A stretch of DNA of 64,000 nt from Ramazzottius varieornatus (lineage: Eukaryota; Animalia; Tardigrada), in assembly GCA_001949185.1 (NCBI GenBank), contig BDGG01000001.1, forward strand, positions 758,128 to 822,127, in the 5' to 3' direction. Position numbers and translations under genes: made by a program. The notes beneath the pieces are model-generated. The model saw only the letters and a program-made list of their open reading frames with translations, was not told where the DNA came from and searched no databases. This document shows positions 38,125 through 50,380 of the stretch, piece by piece. Within the stretch, counting starts at the first letter, position 1, and the number at the start of each line of letters is the position of its first letter.

Positions 38125-40048
38125 GGTTTCCGCCTGAGAGCTCCTACAACAAAGGAAAAACAAACGTGAAAATACAGAATCGACACTCGAATAGAAATCA
38201 ACGTTCCCCGTCGATTATCCCACTGGCAGCGCATCCCTTTTTTCATTTCAACGTACCAAATTGCCAACGGTTGCGTTTACTCAGCGCATCTTAAAACTGT
38301 CCTATGACGTCACTCCTGCTATCAGTAATGCTAGCGACAACCCATGACGTTATCAGTATGGTTCGTGATACGCTGAGGCTACTATGGTAAGAGCGCACTG
38401 CGTGACTTCAAAAGGCGCTTTGAGGTTCGACGGAGATTCTTTCTTGAGAATGTTCTTGACTATGCGCTCGCATTGCTCGCCATTCTCAACTACCTGTAGA
38501 GTTGTTATCGATTGTGGCAGCAACCGGGTCAATATTTGCAAGGCTGATTGACAAGAGGAAGAGCGTCTCGAGGTGCCGAGTATCGTTTGTGCGACGCTGA
38601 CCAACTTGAGCATCACAAATCTCGCTCTTGTTGCTCGCCTTATGAACATAAACAGCCCCATATTTCGGCAAAATATGCCAATAAGCGCCTCTCAGCGTCA
38701 ACCTTGGCGGTAGCTCAGCCGCCATCACCGGTAATTCAGGCTAAAAAACAAAGTACTTTATTCGCGGAACAACGGTTTCCGGCCGAGTTAATAAAGCGAA
38801 GCCACTGCGGTGCGCGAGTCTGACGTGACAGCGTAGCGCGTGAGTCGAACGAGGAAGCCACTCCTGAGGGCAGCGCAGCACTGCTACAAACCACCTGTCA
38901 AGGTGCGCGACTCAAACGGGGAGACGTTAATTTGCCTCAAATTCACATGCTTTCTAGTTCCCTCGTAAAACCGCGCACCATCACGAGATTTGATACTGGT
39001 AACGTGCGTGGGTGATTCAGGGTAAGGGCTGTTATTGATTTCTTGATTGCATTCCAGTATTGCTGTATTGCCTGTATTGCTCTATTGTCAAAGTCAACAC
39101 TCTGCCAGCATCTCTAGTGACCAAAGTCCGTTTTAACCAGCCCGCAGAATTGTATTAGAATATGAAGAGGGATCCACTCTCTTCAGTGACCGGTGTTTCG
39201 GTCCAGACACAGGACCAAGTCAATATTTACCGCGTCGTGCCAAGAAAACACTCATAACCGTTCACGTATCAGTTGTCCATGACTCGTATTCTCACCGCTC
39301 CACCTCTACTTTCACCTATCACTCACACAACCCTACATCGTCAATATTATGCAGTCCAGAAATTCTAAGTTTACCTCAACCAAACCGAAGTTGTAGTCCA
39401 AACAGTCTGAAGTAGCTGAAGCAGATCGCAGGATCCAAAATATTGCGCGAAAAAGAATCGACAGTTGCCAGTGCCACCGATCCAATCAACCCGAGTCAAT
39501 CAGCGAGTTTCCAAATTTGATCAGCTGATTAACACAATTGAAACAACGGGTTTTGGTAATTAATTCCGCCCGAATATTAAACCAGGTTTATGACGATGAA
39601 CTTGTTGACGCTTTAATGTCCACTCTTCACAGGGTTATAATCGATAAATCCGCGAAAATCCATGACATTGGACTCAGTAGCAAAGCAGCTTAAATTGCGC
39701 ACTTGGAAAGCAACCATGAATCGCCGTCAATCGCGTGAAGGTTTGACAGGCTGCGGAAGGTAATATCGGCAGGTATGGTTATAACAATGATCGACTTTAC
39801 AACCCCACTCGCCTGACCAGCCAGCTTGAACGGAATGGCCCGGTGTGTTGGCAGACGGAAGGAAGGATCAGTCAAGCATCAAGTAATATTATCACCAGCA
39901 CCAATCGAGGCGATACCAGAGGAAATATTCCACTGAAATGGACTGATGGTGATAAGGGGTGCGTCAGAGCACTTTTCTTCGACCAAATTGACAGGTTATC
40001 ATCAACCATCACGCCAGGGTAAGAGCTGTTAAGAGCGCCAAAGAGAGT

Positions 40049-40194
40049 TATGGTGAGCCGCGCGACTCAAAAGTCCACAGTACTTTTACCGCGGGTGCAT
40101 GCGCGGAGAAACTACATGCGCGGGGAAATACTTTATCCGCGCATGCACCCGCGGTAAAAGTACTGTGGACTTTTGAGTCGCGCGGCTCACCATA
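40049..40194. mobile_element. Near-perfect palindromic MITE / hairpin (59-bp perfect arms)
   Basis: 40049-40107 is the exact reverse complement of 40136-40194; 28-nt spacer; TA at both ends. Confidence 0.85.
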
Positions 40195-40630
40195 GAGAGC
40201 AAAGGTGGCCCTTGAGCCAGTGAGCCACTCCATCCCACCGGCCATTCATTACGCCCGACCCAACCTCAAAGTCAGCTTGATGGACCAATCAAGAACGGCT
40301 CTCTGCCGTGCAATTGAGATACGTGGGCGGCCCTCGGAGTCCGGTGAGTCATTTGGTATTATGGTTATCATTGTGATGTACAGGTAACGGGACGGACCTT
40401 CTGCGAGTTGATTACTTTGATTTGATCAATCTCTCAGTTCAATTTGCATTGTTTTGATTTTCAGATCTCCCTAGTTGCCTCCCCAGAACGATCACTCTAG
40501 GAAACACCAATGGATTCGAGGAAGAGAAGGAAGACGACCAAGACGGAAGAAAACCTGAGCGATTGGAAGAGAGGGCGAGTGATGAGATCCGACCGCTGTG
40601 AAATGGAGAAAATTTGTAAGTGTTTTCAGT

Positions 40631-40828
40631 AAACGCAAGGCAAGAAATTATGGTACAGTAAAGATTATGGGACAGGCGGAAAGGACGGCGAACTGGAAAT
40701 TCGACCGTAGAAAAGTGTCGAAAAATGTATTACTGTGGATCGGTTGCGTACGTACGTGCTCCCGTACCGCTTTAGCGAAAAGGCCTGTACCATAATTTTT
40801 ACTGTACCATAATTTCTCGTCCTGCCCG
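40631..40828. mobile_element. MITE, CACGC-ended family, copy C (decayed ends)
   Basis: AGAAATTATGGTACAGTAAAGATTATGGGACAGG mirrored by CCTGTACCATAATTTTTACTGTACCATAATTTCT. Shares TAGCGAAAAGGCCTG with copy B. Confidence 0.8.
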
Positions 40829-42009
40829 TATTGTAATTGCTACAGTCTATACAGTACCACGTGGTCCCACAGTCTGTTCCTGTCATCACGTGATATGCAA
40901 CAAGTGTTTATCTTTGGTAGTGGACTATCGCACCGTCGACGAGGATGCCTTGAAAAGAGCCAAACTCAGCTGACCCAGTGCAGTCTCGCAAAAGAATGGT
41001 TTACGTGGTGGTCAAGTGGTTCGGCACCATTCGAGGTAAGGGAACATTTTCTTCATCGACTATACCGATGAGATCCAAAAATACAGTGTACGACAAATAA
41101 ACCGTTAGAAATGGGTGCTGGATGGAGCCAGATGGATGAAGCCAGTGAAATTTACGCATGCAGCAAGATATAATTCTCATTGGCCGAGTCGTAAATAATC
41201 TCTAGCTGCAGTATTACGCTCATTTTTAGCGGTTAATTTTGTCTTACACTGTAACATTAAGTCACAGCTCTCGTCGTCTTTCCAGGCTGTTACCGATGTC
41301 CCGAATCTTATGGCTAAAAGGTACTTCGCTGATCAACGTTTAGAGCTGGTCTTCAGCGCAGATCAAACGGAGGTTCGGCTCGTCCCTTTGAAGGAATTGA
41401 CGCCTGAGGAACATGATGAGGACGGCGACGACGATGACGACTAAGCGATAGGTTCGGACTTTGAAACGGAAATGGAAAACGACTGGCGCTCTTTTGAGGT
41501 AGACCGTCCACGAGGAGACCTGCGGTAACTTTCGGTCTCAATTTCAGTTACTAGCTTGACCTGGAGAGGTATGAGCCAGCCATTCTTATTGTCTTTCCCC
41601 CATTGTACAGAGTGAAACAGAGATCTGATTTTTAATTTTCTCGTGCTTCTGTTTGTCACAACTGATTCATTTCGTGGGAACAGCCCGTATTGCGCTTCTT
41701 CTGGTCTTTCCGCGAGTGCATAGTGGACCTTGCTACACAGTCTTCGGTCTTCCTGGTCGAAGCAAACACTAGTAGTCGTATTTCGGCAGATGAGGAAACG
41801 CCGAGAATAAATTGTCGTACTTGATTCTAGTTTATATTTCCTCCGACCAGATTAAAATTAGATAGCAATCGAGCCATGATAAAGCAGACGGTTTGATGTA
41901 ATCACTCTCAACCTTCGAACTTCCAAGCATTTGATAACTGCGAAAGTGGCTGACTGAAATTTACTCTTTGAGTGAAAGATTTTCATGGTCGGTTTTTTTC
42001 TCTCCTATA

Positions 42010-43910
42010 ATGGGCTACCTGTGGAGCATCCTGATCGTACCTTTATCCGTGTTGCTCGCGGTCAATCCTGTCCGCTGTAAGAGATAGTTTTGGTTGCCTC
42101 AGCGTGGTTCACCATGACATGGTGTAACTTTGTTGCCGTCTTTCAGCTCAGGAGGATTCACCATGTATCGTCGCACTTCGTCGCTATCCCGCACCGGATG
42201 CAACTTACACAGCCAAGCACCTCTTTATCAACTGTCCCGAACTGTGCCGTAATTCCACAGGCAGGTACCCTACCGGACAGTTTCCCCACCCATGGGACTG
42301 TAACGCTTTCATCAACTGCTACAATGATGATGCTTGGGTTGCATGGTACGTTTCTTTGACCGAGTCTAAATGCAGCAGTGTTGGTCTCCACTATCGACCA
42401 CCGTCTTCTACCAAGCAGCCAAGACCATCTTTGTTTTTACAGGTGTCAGACCGGACTTTACTTCAATCAGTAGGTAGCTCCAAGCAAGAATGTACTGATG
42501 CTCGACAGAAACAGGCCGGACCAAATATGTCTTGTTGCAGGAATAACTTGCAATGCGATTATCCCAGGAACGTCAACTGTAGCTCCCAGCCGTCACAGTT
42601 CTCACTGGCTCCCGGAATGACCACGCAATCCCAATGGGAGTACATCTCCACAACACCCAGTTCCCTCCACCCATCCTTTATTACAGACACCGACGCGAAT
42701 GCTGCAGCTATCACCTGCAAAGACTCCACCAGTAAGAGTTTGGAAATTGTATTTCTGTTTTCACTACATTAATTGGGCCCTTTATCCTCCAGCCAAGCTG
42801 AATGAGAAGGAACAGCTCGGACCTCGCCCCGATCTGTGCAAGCAAGGCACTGGACGCTACCCGGCACCTGATTGTCGGTACTACGTCCAATGCACGGGCA
42901 TCAATGCGGCGGTTGCTCGCTGTCCTGGCGGATTTGTCTTCGACCCGGTGGGAAGTCAGTGTGACTGGCCCAGCAAGAACCTACAATGCCTGCAGAGCTG
43001 TTACGAGTCGGGAAATTTCGATAAGCCGCAAAATCCGGAACCCACCCCGTCGGTTACACCACGTAAGCTTGAGTTTCGACGGGTAAAGATTTCAAAACGG
43101 TTCCAACTCCTCGTCCTGAACCGAATTCGTTTTACATATTACACCGAAGACAAGCAAAATTGAAAACTCAATGTTCAGTGGGGGTCACGGTTGTGGGTCA
43201 CGGTTGTGCTGCTTTCGGGATCCCAGCAGTTTTACACTTATTATATTGTGTTGGTTGCAGAGCCCTTCTTAACCACGACGATCGATTCGGACATTCGCAC
43301 AGCAAACCTTTCCTGCAACGAATCGCACTGTGTGCCGAAAGCCGGCTGTCAGGTCGAACTCTGCAAGGAACCACGAGGACAGTTCGAAATCATTGGCAAC
43401 TGCTCCAAGTTCGCCAACTGCTGGGAAAATTGCGCGTACATTACTGACTGTCCTGACTATCTGGTAGGTCCTTGCCGTTATCCGTACTGCGAGTTGAACT
43501 AAAAGTGTCCTCCATAAAAGATAATTGATCCCCTGCATTTTCTGTTTCTTTTGAAGAACCTTGGTTTGTTTGAATGAAACGATTTCGGGTTACTAAAAGC
43601 GTTGATTCTTCGACAGGTTTTCACGGATTTGAAAGGCGCCTGTGATTTGCCCTTCAACCTACCGCAGGACCATCGTTGTTACACTTCACCGTACAGCGGT
43701 GGCCAGCATACGCTTGAAGCTAGTACTACAGCCGGTTCAAGCAGTGGGTCCACGTTACCGGCCGGCGCCGAACAGGATCAAGATAACGACGGAGGAATTA
43801 ACAGCAACTCCAACAACGGATATACCTTTGCCCCTCTGAAATTCCCGTCGTTTGCGATGAATCAAATGCAGGGAACTGGGCCTGGTAGAATGGTACAAGC
43901 TCAGTGGTGA
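42010..43910 (+). CDS. Secreted chitin-binding (3x CBM14/peritrophin-A) protein, paralog 1
   Basis: Signal MGYLWSILIVPLSVLLAVNP. Three 6-Cys domains: ELCRN..FPHPWDCNAFINC..CQTGLYFN..QCDYPRNVNC; DLCKQG..PAPDCRYYVQC..CPGGFVFD..QCDWP..C; ELCKEPRGQF..NCSKFANC..CP..VF..ACDLP..RC. S/T/P-rich linkers. Confidence 0.9.
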
Positions 43911-44262
43911 ATTTTCTTGCAATGGCCTCTGCGAAAAATATAAAATACAAGAGGAAATTTATGAGGAAATTCATCGCCTTGAAATTTAATTAACCAATTC
44001 GTCACATCTCAGATTTATTAATTGTCATGTAAGAATCTATGGCGTTTTGCTATGGGTTGCACTTGGATTCGGCCAGCAGATAAGCGCAATCATTCCGCAG
44101 ACATCAGTATAAAACGATCAGATTCCTGAACAAAGATGTTAGACCTATAGCCGCCTTCTGCCGTTATTCTGGAAAAGAACTACGGCTTTATAATGTGTAC
44201 GTTCTCGGTTTGCAGATACGCGATAGAGAAATTAGGATTTGACAGTGCAAAGCTAAGAAGCA

Positions 44263-46020
44263 ATGGGTTTCCTAAGCGTCTGGATAGTTTTGTTACTGGG
44301 CTTTTCTTCGCTGGCTGAGTCCGTTACCGGTAAGGATTAATGCTCGACGAAGGCTCATGTAAACGAACACATGGGAATACCGTATGTGAACATTGGGGCC
44401 TCTTCGAAGATCAGTGTCAATCGGCAACTTGGCGGCTAATTCTCGATGCCTCCAGTCACTGAAGCAACATGGCACACCAGACGCCACCTTCACCGCCAAA
44501 TTCGTGGACAAGCACTGTCGTCAGTAAAGTTTCAATTTGTTCTATGCCGATAAAGTTATTGTACCATAACTTCAAACTTGCTTCTGATTAGCGGAGCTGT
44601 GCCGTAACACTTCCGGTCATTTTTCCACTGGACAGTTCGCGCATCCTTGGGACTGCAAGTCATTCATCAATTGCTACCAGGTATGCCAAGCAGCCTGCGG
44701 CCTTGTTCCGCACTGCTTAGTGTTCTCTCGTCTGGTCTGCCAACAATTTGACCACGAGGCCATCTCTGTTTGGTTTGACAGGATGAAGCATGGATCGGAT
44801 TTTGCCAAACTGGACTCAACTTCAATGAGTAACATCCTTTCCGCCAGCGGATAGTAATTCCTGCGGTGAACCGCACGCTGGTAGTCAACATGCACTGTTC
44901 TATTCTTCCACAGGAACAAAAAACAATGCGACTGGCCAAAAAATGCCAACTGCACTCCGAAACCCGTTCCCACCGACACAGAAAGGCCGATGTTTGTCGT
45001 GGTGGCCACCACCCCTGTCTCGCCCGCCTTGGCTGATCTTCCCCGGAACACTTGCAAGGCAACCGACCGTGAGTTGCGTCTCTTACTTCTCTCAAGCCGT
45101 AGAGAGTTGTCATGTGTGGCTTTCTTTCTTATATACAGCCAACTTCAACACTTACGAAGATCTTGGACATCGGCCCGACTTGTGCACATCCGGCAGTGGA
45201 CTGTACCCAGCACCCGACTGCCGCTTTTACATCCGTTGCAATGACACAAGAGCAATGGTAACTGCCATTAACTGGCATGTTTTCCAGGATGTAAGCAAGC
45301 ATTCAGACTTTTTAACCTATTCAGAATTCCAGGCTGCCAAATGTCCGGCCGGATTCTTGTTTGACACCACCAAGCGCCAGTGCGACTGGCCCCACAAGAT
45401 TGAGAGCTGCTCCCAACTATGTCAGGAGAATTACGTACCGCCAACCAAGTCTACGACAACGAGTCCGGTGATGACCACAAGTAAGAACCGCTGTCGAAAT
45501 TATTTGAAGATGGAGAAACTCTGCGATATTTTTTAACCTCGAGTCGATTGATGATTTCTCAGCGGTTCATCCTGCAAGTTCAGCTCCGTTAATACAAAGT
45601 ACCAGCACAACTACCACTACTACCACCACAGCGACCACATCTAAGTCCACGTCCACGCTACCACCTCGCGACCCACTCTGCAAGAATGTCTCGGGCAACT
45701 TCGAGTACCAGAACGACTGCACCAAATACGTCAGCTGTAAGGACTGGCATGCTATCCTCCACGACTGTCCCAAAGGTTTGGTGAGTAGCCATGAACACGA
45801 TGCACGGTTTTGCGCTATGGAAATGTTGCTGGGTTCGCAGGTGTTTGTCGCAGCTAAAGGTTGGTGTAACTGGACCTGGATGCTACCGGAACAGCACCGG
45901 TGCTACAAGGCTTTCGATAACGGTTCTGGGGACTGCCCTTTTTACCGTGGCGAAAACGATACAGCGCCATTACCTGCTGTGGCATCAACTGCTGTCAAAC
46001 CGATCCCGATGATTTATTGA
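44263..46020 (+). CDS. Secreted chitin-binding (3x CBM14/peritrophin-A) protein, paralog 2
   Basis: Signal MGFLSVWIVLLLGFSSLAES. Same three-domain layout (ELCRNTSG..FAHPWDCKSFINC; PDLCTSG..PAPDCRFYIRC; LCKNVSGNF..DCTKYVSC) with a Thr-rich mucin-like linker. The splice junctions I checked (domains 1 and 2) are in phase. Confidence 0.9.
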
Positions 46021-46357
46021 GGAAATTAATTGCGAGTTTTCTGTAACCTGTGCCGAGGGTCTTTTACGGTCACTTGTTACGCAAGCCAATCACTGTGTGC
46101 ATATCGAGTTCTTGTAAGCCGTTACCGTGCTGTAAAATATGCTTACCCCGTACTACTTCCACTTCAATGAAGTGCTTCTTCCGTCCTGCGCAATTAACGA
46201 CGACCGGCGCCGTCTCCAAAAATGCTCGGTTAATCCTGTACCCAATGCGAAACACAGCGTGTTTGAACACTGAACGCCGCCGTACACCCCTGATCTTCCA
46301 TGCACTTCAGCCTATCCACCCCACCGTATCGCGCTTCCCTTGCATCGTCCAACGAGT

Positions 46358-47380
46358 ATGACGACCTACCAATCGGCTTTTTATATTCTGGCGGTAGCTG
46401 CTGCAGTTTATCTCCTATTGTTTTGCTGCATAATGTGCGGTGTTGATAATACGACTACAACCGATGCTCAGCATGTATCTAAAGTTGTTTCCAAACCTCC
46501 GCAATCACAATCTTTGATTGCTCATTACTGCCTTTTTTACAATAATCTCAAACCTAATGTCGAAAGGCACTCTCACATGTTCCTCGACTGCTTAGGAGTG
46601 TACTCCACAATGACCAATCTGAAACCTCACCGTATACTTTACCATACCAATGTTCCTGGATTTTGGCCGTTTGATTAATGCGAATCGGCGTTGAACAAGT
46701 CGATCGACTGGTCGGCCATCCAAGTCGTTTAAGCCAAGTCTCATTTCACCGCTAGTGGTCATCGCATCTCCTATTTACAGCACGAAGCTGACTTGTGCAA
46801 GTACCAAGCCGTGGAAGAATACGGAGGACTGGCGCTGGATTTTTATATCTATATTCTGGATGGCGAGAAAATCCGCTCAGTGCTCAGTTCGGCTTTATGC
46901 ATTGTCTGTCAAGAGCAAGAGGCTGTCGAACTGAATGCTGACTTCATCGGTTGTGAGGCACCTCATGCGCAATTTCCCAGGTTGATATTAAAGTCATACG
47001 AGACGGACTACAATGCATCCTGTTGGGATTGTAACAGCGCCATCATCCCGTTGGACATTCATAGAACCAACTCGGGAACTGCGCGAGTGGTTGAAGGAAT
47101 TTGTGATTACCAGCATTATTACAATGTGTCGGCAGATTTTGACTGGGCCGACAAAGCGCATCATTCGTATTTCCACAAAAATTCCTTCAACCTGCACAAT
47201 GCCTTCCAACTCAACACAAGGTTGGGAAATGTCTTCTGCTGTCTATTGCTCGATAATCCACCAGAGCTGAAAGGTCAAGTGATACCAATGAGGTCGAATC
47301 TGGTAGTGCCGCAACTCTTTCAGCTGGTTAGCGATCTAGCTCAGTTGGTCAGGGCGTTTTCTTCTAAACCCCGATCATAG
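46358..47380 (+). pseudogene. Intronless GT32 (DXD, alpha-1,4-glycosyltransferase-like) pseudogene
   Basis: Type II TM anchor, then NLKPHRILYHTN and HEADLCKYQAVEEYGGLALD. A single frame interrupted by TAA at 46676-46678 and 46730-46732; the DxD position reads DFY. Confidence 0.8.
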
Positions 47381-47552
47381 CCGCAGTAAACAAAAGGCTC
47401 ATTTTTTTCGCCCCATGTGATACCAAGGGAACCCGCGTGATCGTAGTTGCGTTTTGGGATAGCGTATAGTACAAGACAGCATTGCGATTAAATAACCAGT
47501 AATACAATAAGATACCTGAAATTCTACCTGACATACTCCGAAAGACATTGGG

Positions 47553-48028
47553 ATGGAACAAGAGGAGCTGGTCGCCCATATTTTGTACGGGCCATGTAAC
47601 GGTCCTCCAAGCGGATGGGCAGACTATTTTCCCTTCTACGTGACCGGACTACAGGGTAAATCCACAAATGCAACCACGTCATTTTACCTGTATGAAGTGA
47701 GTTGGACTACATTTACTCAGACAAGTGTGACACCTCAGGTTTTTTGAGATCGAAAGGCTTTCGAGTGATGGTCAACAAATGGACGGCATTCGGTTTGGTC
47801 GAAGTGGTACTAAACGGAGAAGTGGTCTTCGTCGATGACGTTCAACGACTGCACTACGGTGAGCCACCATACGTACTTTTGAACAACGATGGATGCGCTT
47901 TACGGCACGTTAAATACTTTCTAGACGCAAAGGGCGACGAAGACCCCTTATTCAACAAGATATTGGACAAGATCTTGAAAAATTATCCCGCTTCGACACC
48001 AGAGACACTTCCATCCAAAATAACTTGA
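47553..48028 (+). CDS. C10orf53: UPF0728 / C10orf53-like protein (108 aa)
   Basis: Exons 47553-47655, 47739-47858 and 47925-48028 splice in phase. Motifs YGP, GLQ, VEVVLNGEVVF and G..DPL....KNY match the C10orf53 family layout as I recall it. Confidence 0.8.
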
Positions 48029-48274
48029 CAGACCTGAAACACATGTGCCGGGTAGTTTTGTTCGTAAGGTTGTATAGATCCAGTTTGAACCTGGGCGTTG
48101 GGACAGCGTGTCCAGTTCGTCAGTGGTACTTGGCAGTCGCGACGGTGCCGTGGTAACACCTGTAGTACTTTCACCATTGGCCTTACGCATCTGTGACTTA
48201 ACCGACACCCAGCTCGAAGTTTCATAACTTGGATTTCGTGAGCTAGAAGCAAGTGAGAATTATAGTCAAGCGTC

Positions 48275-50380
48275 ATGGGTCAGCAAGAGCTGCATCAGAT
48301 TCGGTCGTTATACGAGCTCCAACCTCCAGATGGCTCAGCCAGCTCTGAATTTGAATCCTCAGATCAGTCCGCTGCCAGCCCTTATTCGGAACTATTTCGC
48401 GGGAAGATCTACCAGCATTATATGCTGCTGGAAACCAGCGGTACTGGCGGCCTTGAAGGTGGCTTGGTTGAAAGTCCGAAATGTGCTCCCGCAGACTTCG
48501 AAGACGCCACTCAACGGCGAACGATTATGCGTGAAAAACCCTTTGCCATCGTTGTCAGCGATCCCTTCCCCGAAGAAAAACAAGACTTGTTATTTCAGGT
48601 TTGAATCCGCCCTGCTTGCTTCGCAATTGTGCGGTACGATCTAACAAGCTAGGCCGAAGTTTACGATTGTAGACCTACGGTGATGTTCGAGTGCGAGCTA
48701 GGAGACGGCTGCGTGCGAGGATATCGCGTATTCCGGCCACCGATGTCTTCGCCCGATGGCTGGTGGAGAATCCAGCTTTCCAGACGTTCATCATGCTGGT
48801 CATTGCCTACAATTGTGTAACCTTGGGTATCCAAGCCGAGTACAGCGATCGGAGCGGTACGACGGCAGCAATGGTGCGCTCCGTACTGGACTGCCTCGAC
48901 GTATTAGCCCTGGCCATCTTCATGTTCGAGATATGGCTCAAGTGGAAGGTCAACTTTCGCGATTTCTGGCTGAACCCATGGAATACCTTTGATTTCTTAA
49001 TTACGCTCTTCACCTTTATTACAACGGCCATCAGCATGGCCGGCAACGCCACCCCAGCGGATACGTCATTAAGGAGCGTGGGCAAAACTATGAGGGCCTT
49101 TCAAGTCTTGAGGTTGATGAGGATTTTGACCAGAAGTCAAGGCATAAAAGTAAGGCATCATCGATATCGTCACTCTTTGCCTGAACTTTGTTCATCGCTC
49201 CAAATTTTCCTCTGGATATTTTGGCAGGTTATCGTGTTTACAGTGACACAGTCCCTGAAAGATATGGGTTCGATCCTCGTCGTCTTTGTTCTCTTCATGT
49301 ACATCTTCCTGGTGACGGGTGTTATATTCATGTCGGAGATGGCGAAGACAACAGATCAGCTGGTTGTGACTGGAAACTTCTCCGCCGAAGTCGTTCAGTA
49401 TGGTCATCGTTTCCAGTAAGAGAGTCATCGTGTACACGTACATGTTGCCTTCTTTTTCTTACTTGTATAGAAATTGGTTATGTTTGTTCCAGAAATTTGT
49501 ACTGGGGTTTTCTGACGCTGTACCAGATATTCACAATTGACCACTGGTACGCCATGCTGCATAACTCTTGGTGCAAGTTGATGGATCCCATCTTCCCCAC
49601 CATCTACATACTGTTATGGGTCCTGATTGGTTCGCTCATCTTCCGCAATATTTTCGCTGGTGTGGTGGTCAACACCTTTCAGTCACTACGACAGACCGTT
49701 GCGGAGGAAGATGAGGAGGATGAAAAAGACATTTCCGATAGGAGTCTTTCCGAGTTCAAAAATTTCATCGACCTCCAGATTTCGGAACAAGACCACCACA
49801 TGACATCACGTAAGTTCAAACCAGGCATACAAAATGAAACCATCTGCACTTCTCATCGTTATTAACCTGTCTGGTGTCTTTTACCACGACATTTTTACGC
49901 TAACTCGTCCGTTTTATCACTTCGGCGTTCGTTTTAGAGGAGGATCTACTCTTGGAGACATCTGAAAGTTCCACTTCCCTGCAGGAAAAACCATCTCAAG
50001 CTCAAACCAAAGATCCCGTCCTCAGACTAAACGAAAAAGGTTCCACGTGGTTATATAGCTTTCTTAAGAGTCTCCACATGCTAGAAAAACTGGTCACTTT
50101 GAAACCGACGAAGTGGAAGAAGGACCTGATATTCCAGTACTTTGAAGTAATGGAGGAACTTCAAGAAAACCTTCACGAACGTCAAGAAATAGTGCGTATG
50201 ATGGACGACTGGATACTTACCATGATGAACAAGGACGATCCAGCCAGTCAGCCCAAACCTGCGGACCGGACCAAGCAACTCAAAACCATGTTGAGGAACA
50301 AAGCTGCTCATAATGATAACGAGAAAAAATTACCGACAGTGTTCGGCAGATACCATGGACAGCCTGCAGCCCCCAGGTGA
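48275..50380 (+). CDS. CATSPER2: Cation channel sperm-associated subunit 2-like (6TM), 582 aa, intact
   Basis: Exons 48275-48598, 48673-49149, 49228-49415, 49493-49809 and 49938-50380 give 1749 nt in frame. S1 WLVENPAFQTFI, S2-S3 EIWLKW..F..FW..PWNTFDF, and a basic S4. Pore FTIDHWYAML, S6 IYILLWVLIGSLIFRNIF and C-terminal W..D.IFQYFEVMEELQENLHER are characteristic of CatSper2. Confidence 0.9.
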
